In this document: positions 41,701 to 51,475 of the stretch, one piece after another
Layout: the number at the start of each line of letters is the position of its first letter
Numbering within the stretch: the first letter of the stretch is position 1
Assembly (NCBI RefSeq): GCF_053078305.1
Contig: NZ_CP166875.1
Length of the DNA stretch: 64,000 bases
Direction: 5' to 3' (one strand)
Source of the DNA: a plasmid
Made by a program: the position numbers and the translations under genes
Notes under the pieces: generated by a model
Told to the model about the DNA's origin: nothing
The model's database searches: none
Seen by the model: the letters and a program-made list of their open reading frames with translations, nothing else

Positions 41701-41856
41701 TAAGACTATTTTTTAGCCAAATGACTGTCAGGAATCCGGACGGTCGGAACATTTCGTACAGCCTTTACGTTCAGTGAGTTAGCTGGCCTGGATGTAACCA
41801 CTCGTTCAACTCAATTCTCTTAGCGTGGGAAAATTTCCGTTTTCCAAGCGGACCCC
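41667..41856 (+). mobile_element. Tn3-derived miniature element (TIME-like, 190 bp)
   Basis: Left IR GGGGTCAGCCTGGAATTCGGAAAATAAACCACGTTAAG (41667-41704) and right IR, reverse complement GGGGTCCGCTTGGAAAACGGAAATTTTCCCACGCTAAG (41819-41856); no coding capacity. Confidence 0.65.
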
Positions 41857-41875
41857 TAGAAGAAGGGAAGCGATA

Positions 41876-42292
41876 TCAAGCCCAGGGATTAATAATTGAT
41901 ACTCCGGTTAATTCAAAATCACCAACATTTCTGGTTACAACCGTCATCCCATGTACCAGCGCCGTTGCTGCGATCAATGCGTCTCGTTCACTGCGCCTGT
42001 CGGGAACATGTAAACGAGAACAACGTAATGCAACCGCAGTATCTACAGGAAGTATCTTATCAGAAAACGCTGGTAACACATGCTGATCCATCCAAGAACG
42101 TAGCATAATCCCTTGTCGCATATCTCGACGTTCAACTTGTAATATTCCCTGTTCAAGTTCCATTATGGAAATAACAGAAATAAAGAAATCTGCCGCATCT
42201 GTATGCAATACCCATTTTGCAACATTATTATCTATACGTCCTGTCCGAGCCTTCCGTAGCTCAGAGATAACATTAGTATCAAGAATATACAC
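41876..42292 (-). CDS. vapC: PIN-domain toxin VapC
   Basis: 138 aa starting MYILDTNVISELRK; PIN acidic residues. Confidence 0.8.
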   Translation of the reverse strand: MYILDTNVISELRKARTGRIDNNVAKWVLHTDAADFFISVISIMELEQGILQVERRDMRQGIMLRSWMDQHVLPAFSDKILPVDTAVALRCSRLHVPDRRSERDALIAATALVHGMTVVTRNVGDFELTGVSIINPWA

Positions 42293-42546
42293 TATAAAAA
42301 CTCCGCAGGTTTTAAACTAACCGTAATACGAGGCGGTTCAAATTCAACTGCATCAGCATCGGGCATCGCCAGAATGTCAATGAGAGTTCGTCGTTGTTGC
42401 GTCAATTTTCGGTATTCTTCGATACTAAGAAGTACATGTGCGGTTTTACCCCGATCAGTAATAAATACTGGACCATAATTCGTGGCGCGTTTGGCTCGAG
42501 TTACATCTTGATTAAGTTCCCGACTGGATAGGGTTGTAATCTTCAT
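42292..42546 (-). CDS. vapB: Antitoxin VapB (Phd/YefM-type)
   Basis: Start refined to MKITTLSSREL; overlaps vapC start. Confidence 0.7.
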   Translation of the reverse strand: MKITTLSSRELNQDVTRAKRATNYGPVFITDRGKTAHVLLSIEEYRKLTQQRRTLIDILAMPDADAVEFEPPRITVSLKPAEFL

Positions 42547-42657
42547 GCTGTTGCCTTTTGATGTATATAGGTACGTTACTACATTGTAGGGCATGAAATA
42601 GTACAATGCAAGAAATGTACTTGATTAGGGGTAGTCTTCGCCGCTTGTTGCTGTCAG

Positions 42658-42692
42658 ATATTAATGCTAATGTATGCATACATTAGCATTAA
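42658..42692. promoter_or_regulatory. Perfect 34-bp palindrome attaatgctaatgtatgcatacattagcattaat, copy 1
   Basis: Directly visible; identical copy at 47242-47275. Confidence 0.6.
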
Positions 42693-42729
42693 TGAGGGAT
42701 GATATGTGAGAGACAAAACCAGGGAGGCC

Positions 42730-43068
42730 ATGCGGTTTTTTTTAGGCGGCAGGTGTTACACGGCTGAAAACCTTGAAAAGGATTATCTGGCTGAAGTTGC
42801 TAATTACAGTGACGACCGCTGGGAAGCACCCCAACGCGCCGCACGTCTGGCAGCTGCCGTAAAGCGTTACAAGACATCAGAAATGCTGCGCTTTATTTTT
42901 GCTACCACTGCCTACGATCCCGATCCAGATTTAACCCCGCTGACTGTGAGACGTTTGTGCAAGGCATTGTTCGGCAGAACAGGAAGCCAGTGGCTGGTTG
43001 TTGAAGTTTTTGGGGAGAAGGGGCGTCAGCACCGCAGCGCGGACAGCAATCCGGAGATGGTGGAAAAA
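42730..43068 (+). pseudogene. Hypothetical gene (about 160 aa when rejoined), 5' part, interrupted by Tn3-family copy 2
   Basis: ATG with RBS agggagg; frame continues across the transposon into 46969-47214. Confidence 0.5.
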
Positions 43069-43125
43069 GGGGGTTCGCGCCCATTTCCTCTAAAAGTCTC
43101 ACCTTGCTTAGGTAATTAATTGAAT

Positions 43126-43707
43126 TTATTTATAAAACGTTGCAATTTTAGCATCATTTTTTATTGTTCTTTTTAACCTGAAGTACGTCGATCGAGAGAT
43201 ACCTGTTTTTTCTGTCACACTGCCCAGAGATTCTCCCTGTGATATAAGCTCCAACGCTGTAGGCGTTCGTGGATGCTTCTTCCTGCCAAATTTTACGCCT
43301 GCGGCAAGTGCCGCTATTCTTCCGTCGTTTGTCCGCTCCAGAATACGCTCACGTTCCGCTTCAGCTACAGCAGCAAGGATTTGGATAACCATTTTGCCCA
43401 TTGTCCCTTCTGTACTGAGACCGTTCTCCAGGAACCGGATGGCGATCCCCTTTTTGTAACAGCTATCAACCACACGAATCATGTCAGCAGTGTTACGCCC
43501 CAGTCGGTCCATTTTTGTACAGATGATTACGTCGTCTTTCTCTGCACGGGCCAACAACCGCTGTAGTCCTTCCCGTTCATCAGTTGCGCCAGTCATCATA
43601 TCCGTAAAAATACGATCTTCCCGTACCCCGGCATTTTTTAGCTCCGAGATTTGATGTGTTAGCTTCTGATGACTGGTTGATACCCGTGCATACCCCAATA
43701 ACGCCAT
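43126..43707 (-). CDS. tnpR: Serine recombinase / resolvase (copy 2)
   Basis: Identical to 22636-23217. Confidence 0.85.
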   Translation of the reverse strand: MALLGYARVSTSHQKLTHQISELKNAGVREDRIFTDMMTGATDEREGLQRLLARAEKDDVIICTKMDRLGRNTADMIRVVDSCYKKGIAIRFLENGLSTEGTMGKMVIQILAAVAEAERERILERTNDGRIAALAAGVKFGRKKHPRTPTALELISQGESLGSVTEKTGISRSTYFRLKRTIKNDAKIATFYK

Positions 43708-43863
43708 TTTTAGTCTCACTTATCGTTTTTGACACTGCATGGTATCATAATGTACAAAATACGATTTTTGAAACCTGCTTTTATGCTGTTTTAGACAGGT
43801 ATCAGATATCTTAATATTTGATACTAGCCATATTTAACAAATATTTAGCATTTTGGTAAATGT

Positions 43864-46800
43864 ATGCAGAAGTACAAGAAAAGAATTAGTATATTAACAA
43901 AAAGTGAAATAAATGAATTATATCAAGTCCCCTCTTTTAATCCTGTTGAAAGGGATGAGTTTTTTTCGCTGGATATCAGCCTTAAAAGAGAAATTGATAA
44001 AATAATAAATATAGAAAGCAGGGTGTATCTGATATTAATAACAGGGTATTTCAGATATAAACCTGTGATTCCTGAATTTACATTAAAAGACGTAAAAAGG
44101 GATGTGAAATATATTATCCAGACATATTATAAAAACGAAAGTACTAATCTCAATTTAAACATACCTAAAAGTACAAAGTACCGCCTTGTTAAACGAATGC
44201 TTTCTACTCTAGGATTTGAACAACTCACCCCATCTATAAAAAATGAGTTAAGTGAACGTCTGAATGATGTTGCTACTATATGTATGGAACCAAAATATAT
44301 TTTTGATGAATTACTTGCTTTTTTAGGACAGCGGCGTATAGCTCTTCCTGGATACAGTACTGTCCAGAACCTCGTTTCAGATGCTTTAAACTTTGAAAGG
44401 AAAAGGACAATTAATATTTTGTCAAAGAGAATTTATCCTGCCACTGCACAAAAGATTACATCCATCATCCATGATGATGGAATATTAAATTCCATCAGGG
44501 GATATAATTATAGCACGAGAGACTTCTCAGCATCAGAAATAGAAAATGAATTAAGAACTCACAATGTGATAAGTAGTATTTACTATGAAATAAAAGATAT
44601 AATTAATTCATTAGGTATATCCCAGGGAAACATGGAGTACTATGCAACTATCGTAAAACACAGTACAACATTCAGACTTAAGCGACACCCTAAATGGCAA
44701 GGAATACTTTATTTGTGCTGCTACTTGTACTTCAGATACAGAGAGATAAATGATAAAATAATCACAGCCTTCAGATATTTAGTAAAAAAACATAAAGACG
44801 CTTCAGTTTTGTTTGCAAAAGCTCGGGCAACAGAGGAAATAGATCTAATAAATAAAAAGCTTAAGTTTGCGAGTAAAATATTTAACTTCTTCGTTGATAG
44901 TAACATTGAAGACAGCATCCCTTTTGGATATGTTCGTGAAAAGGTTTTTTCACTTATATCGAAAGATGATATGCATCTTGTGAGTGAATTTTTTGACAAA
45001 AATAAAATCGATGTAATTGAATATCAATGGCAGTATATTGACAGCCATCACCTTAAGATCGCCAATTCAATCCGAAAGCTTTTTCTGGCTATAGATATAG
45101 TATATGACAACGAGAAGTCTGTTATTGGCCAGCAAATTACTGCTGCCAAGGATGATCTCAGAGGAAAAGGAAAGCTGGATGCTAAGGATCTGAGGGTAAT
45201 TCATCCATCCGAGAAAAATTACATTGTAAAAGAAGGAGAAATTAACACTCAACGATTCGAATTTCATATGTACAGCAGGGTATCTAACCATCTGGAAAAC
45301 GGTGTCTTTTATGCTGCGGAGAGTGAACAAAACAAGAGACTGGAAGATGATCTCATAGAACGAAGTTACTGGCATAAGAATAAATCGATTTTGATAGAGA
45401 AAACAGGCCTTGAACGACTTATCACACCAATAACGCAGACTCTTAATGAGCTGGAGAATACCTTTAGCGATAAACTGGCTCGTATAACCATTGGAATAAA
45501 CTCAGATGCTAATGAGTTTGTGAAAAAACAACCACACTCCAACAGATTACAGTGGAGTCTGGCCAGTAAAAAATGGAAGACCAGCATCGATAATCCGATT
45601 TACAATCAGATAAAAAATATCGGAATAGTTGACGTAATGAAGTATGTAAACAATGAGACGAATTTTTTGTCTGTGTTTAATGCCATATCATCCAGGAAAA
45701 ATAATCTTGAAGCTGACTATAATGACCTTCTTGCCTGTATATTTGGTAATGGCGCAAATTATGGTGTTCACAGAATGGCATCTGCATCAGACCGTAGTAT
45801 TGGAATACTACGTGATGTGAATGACAAATTCATTCGTCCAGAAACAACAGGAATGGCCAACACAGTAATATCTGATGCAATTGCAAATCTTTCTGTATAT
45901 AAATACTGGACGATAAATGAAGATTCTCCATTTGGAAGTGTTGATGGGCAGAAGCACACTTGCAGAATAAATACATTTAAAGCCCGTTATTCTGCCAAGT
46001 ATTTCAGAAAGGGGAAAGGGGTTTCTGCGATGACACTGGTATCTAATCATGTGCCATTATCAACTGTGGTAATTTCTCCAAATGAATATGAAGGTCATTT
46101 TGCATTTGACTTGTTATATAACAACACCAGTGAAATACAACCAAAGTCATTAGCGACTGACAATCATGGTATAAACAACGTTAATTTTGCGATTCTTGAC
46201 ATTTTTGGCTATCAGTTTTCACCACGTTATGCAAAATTCAAGAAAATATTTAATGAATTATTTGATGTTATACTGGAGAGTGATAAACTCATTATAAAAC
46301 TTAAAAAACAATTTAACTTTAAGCTCATTGAACATGAATGGGAAAACATCCAACATATTATTTGTTCTTTAAGCAGAAAAACAACCATTCAAAGTACGGT
46401 TGTTAAGAAGTTATCTAATACAAAGCGTAGCAACAAGACATTAGCAGCACTTCGGGAGTATGACCGAGTTATAAAATGCATATATGTCCTGGATTATGCT
46501 GACAATAAAACCTTAAGGCAATTTGTGCAACAAGCACTGAACAGAGGTGAAGCTTATCATCAACTAAGAAGAGCAATAGCATCAGTAAATGGAAATCAAT
46601 TTCGCGGTGGTAATGACTACCAAATAGATCAATGGAACGACTGTGCGAGGTTAATAGCTAATTGTGTAATCTATTATAATTCAGCAATATTATCCAGGCT
46701 GGTCGAGAAATTTGAAAAAGAAAATAATAAAAAAGCGATAGATGTTCTGGCTAACTTATCCCCAGTAGCATGGAGACACATTCTCCTTGGAGGGAATTAT

Positions 46801-46902
46801 TCTTTTGAAGATCAAGTTGCGATCACAAATTTGGACAGTCTTTTGGAGGGAGTAGACCCACTAAGTGATATCGGAGATATTGAGTCCGAATATGACGGTT
46901 AA
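43864..46902 (+). CDS. tnpA: Tn3-family DDE transposase (copy 2)
   Basis: Identical to 23374-26412. Confidence 0.8.
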   Translation: MQKYKKRISILTKSEINELYQVPSFNPVERDEFFSLDISLKREIDKIINIESRVYLILITGYFRYKPVIPEFTLKDVKRDVKYIIQTYYKNESTNLNLNIPKSTKYRLVKRMLSTLGFEQLTPSIKNELSERLNDVATICMEPKYIFDELLAFLGQRRIALPGYSTVQNLVSDALNFERKRTINILSKRIYPATAQKITSIIHDDGILNSIRGYNYSTRDFSASEIENELRTHNVISSIYYEIKDIINSLGISQGNMEYYATIVKHSTTFRLKRHPKWQGILYLCCYLYFRYREINDKIITAFRYLVKKHKDASVLFAKARATEEIDLINKKLKFASKIFNFFVDSNIEDSIPFGYVREKVFSLISKDDMHLVSEFFDKNKIDVIEYQWQYIDSHHLKIANSIRKLFLAIDIVYDNEKSVIGQQITAAKDDLRGKGKLDAKDLRVIHPSEKNYIVKEGEINTQRFEFHMYSRVSNHLENGVFYAAESEQNKRLEDDLIERSYWHKNKSILIEKTGLERLITPITQTLNELENTFSDKLARITIGINSDANEFVKKQPHSNRLQWSLASKKWKTSIDNPIYNQIKNIGIVDVMKYVNNETNFLSVFNAISSRKNNLEADYNDLLACIFGNGANYGVHRMASASDRSIGILRDVNDKFIRPETTGMANTVISDAIANLSVYKYWTINEDSPFGSVDGQKHTCRINTFKARYSAKYFRKGKGVSAMTLVSNHVPLSTVVISPNEYEGHFAFDLLYNNTSEIQPKSLATDNHGINNVNFAILDIFGYQFSPRYAKFKKIFNELFDVILESDKLIIKLKKQFNFKLIEHEWENIQHIICSLSRKTTIQSTVVKKLSNTKRSNKTLAALREYDRVIKCIYVLDYADNKTLRQFVQQALNRGEAYHQLRRAIASVNGNQFRGGNDYQIDQWNDCARLIANCVIYYNSAILSRLVEKFEKENNKKAIDVLANLSPVAWRHILLGGNYSFEDQVAITNLDSLLEGVDPLSDIGDIESEYDG

Positions 46903-46968
46903 CAACATGATAAATAATGGTTTTTATGCTAAGAGTGAGACTTTTGGAGGAAATGGGCGCAGAACCCC

Positions 46969-47214
46969 ACTGTGAGACGTTTGTGCAAGGCATTGTTCGG
47001 CAGAACCGGAAGCCAGTGGCTGGTTGTTGAAGTTTTTGGGGAGAAGGGGCGTCAGCACCGCAGCGCGGACAGCAATCCGGAGATGGTGGAAAAAATGGCT
47101 GCCAGATATCGTCATGCCGCCGAACTACACTGGTCCGCAACGCTGGCAGAAATTGAACGGGTAAAGCGGCTTTATCAGACGAAAATTAAGAAATCCAAAA
47201 AAGAAGTGGGTTGA
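46969..47214 (+). pseudogene. 3' part of the interrupted hypothetical gene
   Basis: Repeats residues LTVRRLCKALF...EMVEK of the 5' part, then continues to a stop. Confidence 0.5.
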
Positions 47215-47241
47215 CTGCCATTGTTATTCTTTTCCTTCATC

Positions 47242-47275
47242 ATTAATGCTAATGTATGCATACATTAGCATTAAT
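47242..47275. promoter_or_regulatory. Perfect 34-bp palindrome, copy 2
   Basis: Identical to copy 1. Confidence 0.6.
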
Positions 47276-47299
47276 GATGGTGCGTTGAACGTACAATAA

Positions 47300-47420
47300 G
47301 GGGTCCGCTTGGAATTCGGAAATTTTCCCACGCTAAGTGAATTGAGTTGAACGAGTGGTTACATCCAGGCCAGCTAACTCACTGAACGTAAAGACTGTAC
47401 GAAATGTTCCGACCGTCCGA
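47300..47420 (+). repeat. Solo Tn3-type terminus: inverted copy of the right 120 bp of the miniature element
   Basis: Begins GGGGTCCGCTTGGAATTCGGAAATTTTCCCACGCTAAG; reverse complement of 41739-41856; no partner IR found to its right. Confidence 0.6.
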
Positions 47421-47577
47421 TAACCATTTGGCTTACTTCCGTACATTTCCTTGCGTAGATGTACAGAATTGTACGTTTTCGTACGGTTGGCCCTCAAACC
47501 CCATCCTTGAGTAGTGGCATAAGAAAACGGCTCCCTGTTGTGGAAGCCGTTATCAGTTGCACGATTAGCATTGGAGT

Positions 47578-48003
47578 TTAAAGGATACCTTTCTGAGAAA
47601 ATGTGATCCGGGTTGCTTCATTTAAATCCATATATTTTAGGGTGTCAGGAGATGCCCAGACTATATCCTGAAACTCCTCATTAAATGTAACTGTACGGTT
47701 TGTACTGATACAGTCGAATATTAGGTAAATCATGTAAATGTCCTCGTGGGTACCATCCGGGTACGTTTTTGTACGGATATCATCACGAAAGGCCCAGGGT
47801 TTTACGTCAGTGATATGCAGTTCTTTTCCCAGTTCTTCCTTTATTTCACGCCTCAATGCTGTTTCCATAGTCTCTCCGGGTTCCATTCCTCCACCGGGCA
47901 GTGCCCATTGGCCCGGGAATACTCCGCGATCAGAGGCCATTTTACAAAGTAGAAACTCACCTTCATTTTGTATCACAGGGCACACTATTACTCTCTGGCG
48001 CAT
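47578..48003 (-). CDS. Nudix hydrolase
   Basis: Nudix box [23 protein letters not shown]; low-GC operon. Confidence 0.8.
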   Translation of the reverse strand: MRQRVIVCPVIQNEGEFLLCKMASDRGVFPGQWALPGGGMEPGETMETALRREIKEELGKELHITDVKPWAFRDDIRTKTYPDGTHEDIYMIYLIFDCISTNRTVTFNEEFQDIVWASPDTLKYMDLNEATRITFSQKGIL

Positions 48004-48004
48004 T

Positions 48005-48739
48005 TTATGTCCTCAACATCATGGCTTTTTGGATAACCTTATCAGAAAAATCATCAATGTCATCCGGGTGAGCACATACCATAATCCGCTCACGAAGGTG
48101 TAACGGAAGATTATCAGTAAAATGTTGATATTCCGCATGCCATCCTGTGATCCATTTTATCTTCATTTCCTCATCTGGAAATTCTTCAGGCCGTACACCA
48201 TGAATTTCATCATCATTGAGATGCATGAGTGAATGTGCGATGGGATAATTAATGAATGCTATAATGTCTGGCTCTGTAAGTAATTCATTTATTCTACTCC
48301 AGAGCACCATGTATGCATCATATTGTGCTTTATTTATATATTCGGACTTCAGCATGAAGTTGATAAAAATATAATCCTCAATATGGGATCTCTCCATAAT
48401 AAGGTTAAACCCTTTATCCAGCCAAGATTTTATCAGTAATGCCCGTTGTATCATAAAATTAAGCTGGATTAGATAACCGTAGTTACTGGTATCGTCAAAA
48501 AGGTAAGGAAGGAGAGTGTGGTGGACACTTTTTTCATCTATCGCGACAGTGTCTGGATCTACCTTAAATAACTCCTTTGACATGCGTCTCAGAAGAGTAC
48601 TTTTACCTACACCGGAATTACCCGACAGACATATATACAGAGGATTTCGAGTTTTATTCTTCTCTTTTTTATCTGCTGACCAAGGATCCATATACAAGTA
48701 ATTATATCTCATACTGTAAACTCCATTTTGTCCAACCAA
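48005..48739 (-). CDS. P-loop nucleoside/nucleotide kinase (dNK/TMK-like)
   Basis: Walker [10 protein letters not shown] in an about 240 aa protein; overlaps both neighbours; start uncertain. Confidence 0.6.
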   Translation of the reverse strand: MVGQNGVYSMRYNYLYMDPWSADKKEKNKTRNPLYICLSGNSGVGKSTLLRRMSKELFKVDPDTVAIDEKSVHHTLLPYLFDDTSNYGYLIQLNFMIQRALLIKSWLDKGFNLIMERSHIEDYIFINFMLKSEYINKAQYDAYMVLWSRINELLTEPDIIAFINYPIAHSLMHLNDDEIHGVRPEEFPDEEMKIKWITGWHAEYQHFTDNLPLHLRERIMVCAHPDDIDDFSDKVIQKAMMLRT

Positions 48740-49575
48740 AAGCGGTTGTTCTTACATTTTTGCATGATTTCATTATTTCCGAAAATTGCACTGATTATAT
48801 GATCTTGTGAATCTGTCAGCATATTTCCCAACAGAGTATAGTTTTCTCCATCAGGGATAATAATGTCAAAATTGGGTTCCATAACAACATTGGCTTTGTC
48901 CCGTTCTTCGAAAGTTGCCCAACTAATGGGCATGTTAGGGTGTTGTTTTTTTAGCATTACCATTTTCTCTTTAAATATATCCGTATTGATTTCCAGTTTA
49001 TCTCTTTTTTCTTTTCCGACTCCTAGAGGACAGAACTGGTAAAATCGCCAAGCTTGGATCTTATAGGGCAGAGAATCAACCCAGCAAACAATATCACTGA
49101 GATGATTAATGTTAGACTGAGATACGACGGTCGTGAGTTTTATATTAATTCGATTATTATTTTGGGGTAACCATGTTAATATATTTTTGATAACCCTGTG
49201 TTGGTTACTCATTTTATCACTGCGAATTTCTGAATTGACAAGACTGTCAATTCCATCAATTGGTATTCCTACCCAGTCTAACACCGGATTTAACCGAGCA
49301 TGATCCATAATAAATCGATGCCCGACCGTGGAGAGATATGTCATAAAACCCAGTTGCTTAGCGTATTCAATCAGATCAATGAAATCACTCCGGGATGTAG
49401 GTTCCCCTCCGGTAAAACCGATACGACGGAATCCCATTTTATACATCCGCTCAATTACATTACGAGCACTAGCAAGAGAAGAGTCCTGAATTCCAGGTGT
49501 ACGAAAACACTGATCACATCCTAGGTTACAATGTGAAGTTATTCTGAAATCTAAAAGAAGGGTGCTAATATCCAT
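48709..49575 (-). CDS. Radical SAM enzyme, viperin-like (prokaryotic viperin candidate)
   Basis: CxxxCxxC (SHCNLGCDQCF), GGEP motif (IGFTGGEPT), and C-terminal WRFYQFCPLG region resembling viperin RWKVFQCLLIEG; 288 aa. Confidence 0.6.
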   Translation of the reverse strand: MDISTLLLDFRITSHCNLGCDQCFRTPGIQDSSLASARNVIERMYKMGFRRIGFTGGEPTSRSDFIDLIEYAKQLGFMTYLSTVGHRFIMDHARLNPVLDWVGIPIDGIDSLVNSEIRSDKMSNQHRVIKNILTWLPQNNNRINIKLTTVVSQSNINHLSDIVCWVDSLPYKIQAWRFYQFCPLGVGKEKRDKLEINTDIFKEKMVMLKKQHPNMPISWATFEERDKANVVMEPNFDIIIPDGENYTLLGNMLTDSQDHIISAIFGNNEIMQKCKNNRFWLDKMEFTV

Positions 49576-49861
49576 AACAAGTCCTCTGACTATGATACAT
49601 CAATAACCATTAAAACATAATGGTTATTGCAGACCATGACAAAGCGCAACCTTCGGCTTACCAGGGATATAATATCTGCCAGTAATCAGAGCAGTGGGTT
49701 GCGCAAGGAACTCATGAATGATGAGTTCCGGTAATCGCATTACTGGAAGCCCATGATCGGAGGGACGCTATCAGTCACACCAGTGAAAATTGTGCACAGA
49801 AGCATTTTCATCACTGACAGGCCGTATGCCTCACAAGACGGGAGATAACTGGAGAATATTT

Positions 49862-49950
49862 AGTTCTTCTACCGGCTTACGCCGATTTTACTCCTGTGTT
49901 ATATGTAACCACTGTGTGCCACCTTCCATGCGCTGGTGCGGCATCAGAGT
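49862..49950 (+). repeat. Repeat family D copy 3 (3' portion only)
   Basis: Matches the 3' 85 bp of D1/D2; followed by a TA cassette. Confidence 0.5.
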
Positions 49951-50059
49951 AAAAAATCAGCATTAAATTTATTTGCAAATGTATGAGTAATACAGACTTG
50001 TTAACGGGTCCTTTCAGATGTATCTTTAAGACTTATTAAACAGTCTTAAAAGGTGCATT

Positions 50060-50311
50060 ATGCCTAACATCATTCTGTCTGACATCAGTGCAAGTGTCAG
50101 TGAACTGAAAAAAAATCCGATGGCGACAGTCGGTGCTGGTGATGGTTATCCGGTCGCCATTCTGAATCGCAATCAGCCGGCATTCTACTGTGTTCCTGCT
50201 GAACTGTATGAAAGGATGCTTGATGCTCTGGATGACCAGGAGCTGGTGAAACTGGTTACTGAACGTAGCAGTCAACCTCTGCATGATGTTGACCTGGACA
50301 GTTATTCATGA
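50060..50311 (+). CDS. Phd/YefM-family antitoxin
   Basis: 83 aa; stop overlaps start of the downstream toxin. Confidence 0.65.
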   Translation: MPNIILSDISASVSELKKNPMATVGAGDGYPVAILNRNQPAFYCVPAELYERMLDALDDQELVKLVTERSSQPLHDVDLDSYS

Positions 50312-50595
50312 CTTATACGATAAAATTCAGGGATGATGCGCTTAAAGAATGGCTGAAACTGGATAAGACCATTCAACAACAGTTTGTGAAAAAACTAAAA
50401 AAATGTAGCAAAAATCCTCATATACTGTCTGCAAAACTACGTGGGCTAAAGGACTGCTACAAAATTAAACTTCGTGCATCGGGATTTCGTCTGGTTTATC
50501 AGGTGATTGATGATATGTTAATTATTGCGGTTGTTGCGGTAGGTAAACGAGAACGTAGTAACGTTTATTATCTCGCCAGTGAGAGAATGAGATAG
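50308..50595 (+). CDS. RelE/ParE-family toxin
   Basis: 95 aa; coupled to the YefM-like antitoxin. Confidence 0.65.
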   Translation: MTYTIKFRDDALKEWLKLDKTIQQQFVKKLKKCSKNPHILSAKLRGLKDCYKIKLRASGFRLVYQVIDDMLIIAVVAVGKRERSNVYYLASERMR

Positions 50596-50759
50596 TAACA
50601 TAAATAGCCTTTCCCGCAGATAACTCTCAGAATTGTTATTCTCTCTGTGGCCTCGCCTGAGGCGGAAAAAGAAAAGTTTTGTTGAGAGAATGATTTTACC
50701 TGCCGGGATGAGTCTGGGGTTATTTATATTACCAGACAAATTGAAACGGAGGGACATGT

Positions 50760-51167
50760 TTGATGACAATACTTGTGACGGCACAGGCTCAACTCATAGT
50801 TGGTGAGGCTATGGCGATAAAAAGTTTAGCTCCTGATGGAATGTTGGCCGCTGTATTTGAAGACGACGGGAATACCGGATATTTCTATGCACTTGATGAG
50901 TCCGTTGAAGGTAACCCTGTCAGGGATGCTGTGCATATATATAACGTTGAAGACATTTCAGATGCTCACATCCCCTCTGATGTGAAGATTGGCTGGTCTG
51001 AGGATTGCCTGAAGTGTGTTCTGCTGATAAACGGATATCCACATGGGGTATTCGATTTTGAGGGGAAGAACGGCTACTGTCGAAGTGGATTCCCGCCACC
51101 GGTTAATCATGAATGGTCTGTTCAGGGGCATTCATGGGATGATTACGTCGATAATTTCTTCCGGTGA
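50760..51167 (+). CDS. Hypothetical protein (DUF2251-like)
   Basis: 135 aa ORF; no recognised motif. Confidence 0.4.
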   Translation: MMTILVTAQAQLIVGEAMAIKSLAPDGMLAAVFEDDGNTGYFYALDESVEGNPVRDAVHIYNVEDISDAHIPSDVKIGWSEDCLKCVLLINGYPHGVFDFEGKNGYCRSGFPPPVNHEWSVQGHSWDDYVDNFFR

Positions 51168-51475
51168 TTGAACCGAAAAATTACCTGACGGACAAGTCTG
51201 GGGCCGAATCGTGATGATTCATCATGGCCGTTTATAGTTCAGCAGTCTTGTTCTTTTGCTGTCAGTGGGATACCAGGAAAATAACCGATTGTTACCAGAC
51301 AGAATAACCATCATAAGACGTCACAAGACGGTGACGCTTACATAGTTCCGGGGAGTTAAACAATATACCCTGACTTTGTAATCATTTGAATTATATCCGT
51401 AACGTGTAACTTCCTGCCGTAACACCGGATTTAAGATATTCAAACTTTATCTTTATACCGATATTAAGAGACACA

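Larger units (their letters stand above)
43069..46968 (+). mobile_element. Tn3-family element copy 2, identical to copy 1
   Basis: Identical ORFs and inverted repeats; flanked by about 126-bp imperfect direct duplications of the interrupted gene. Confidence 0.8.
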
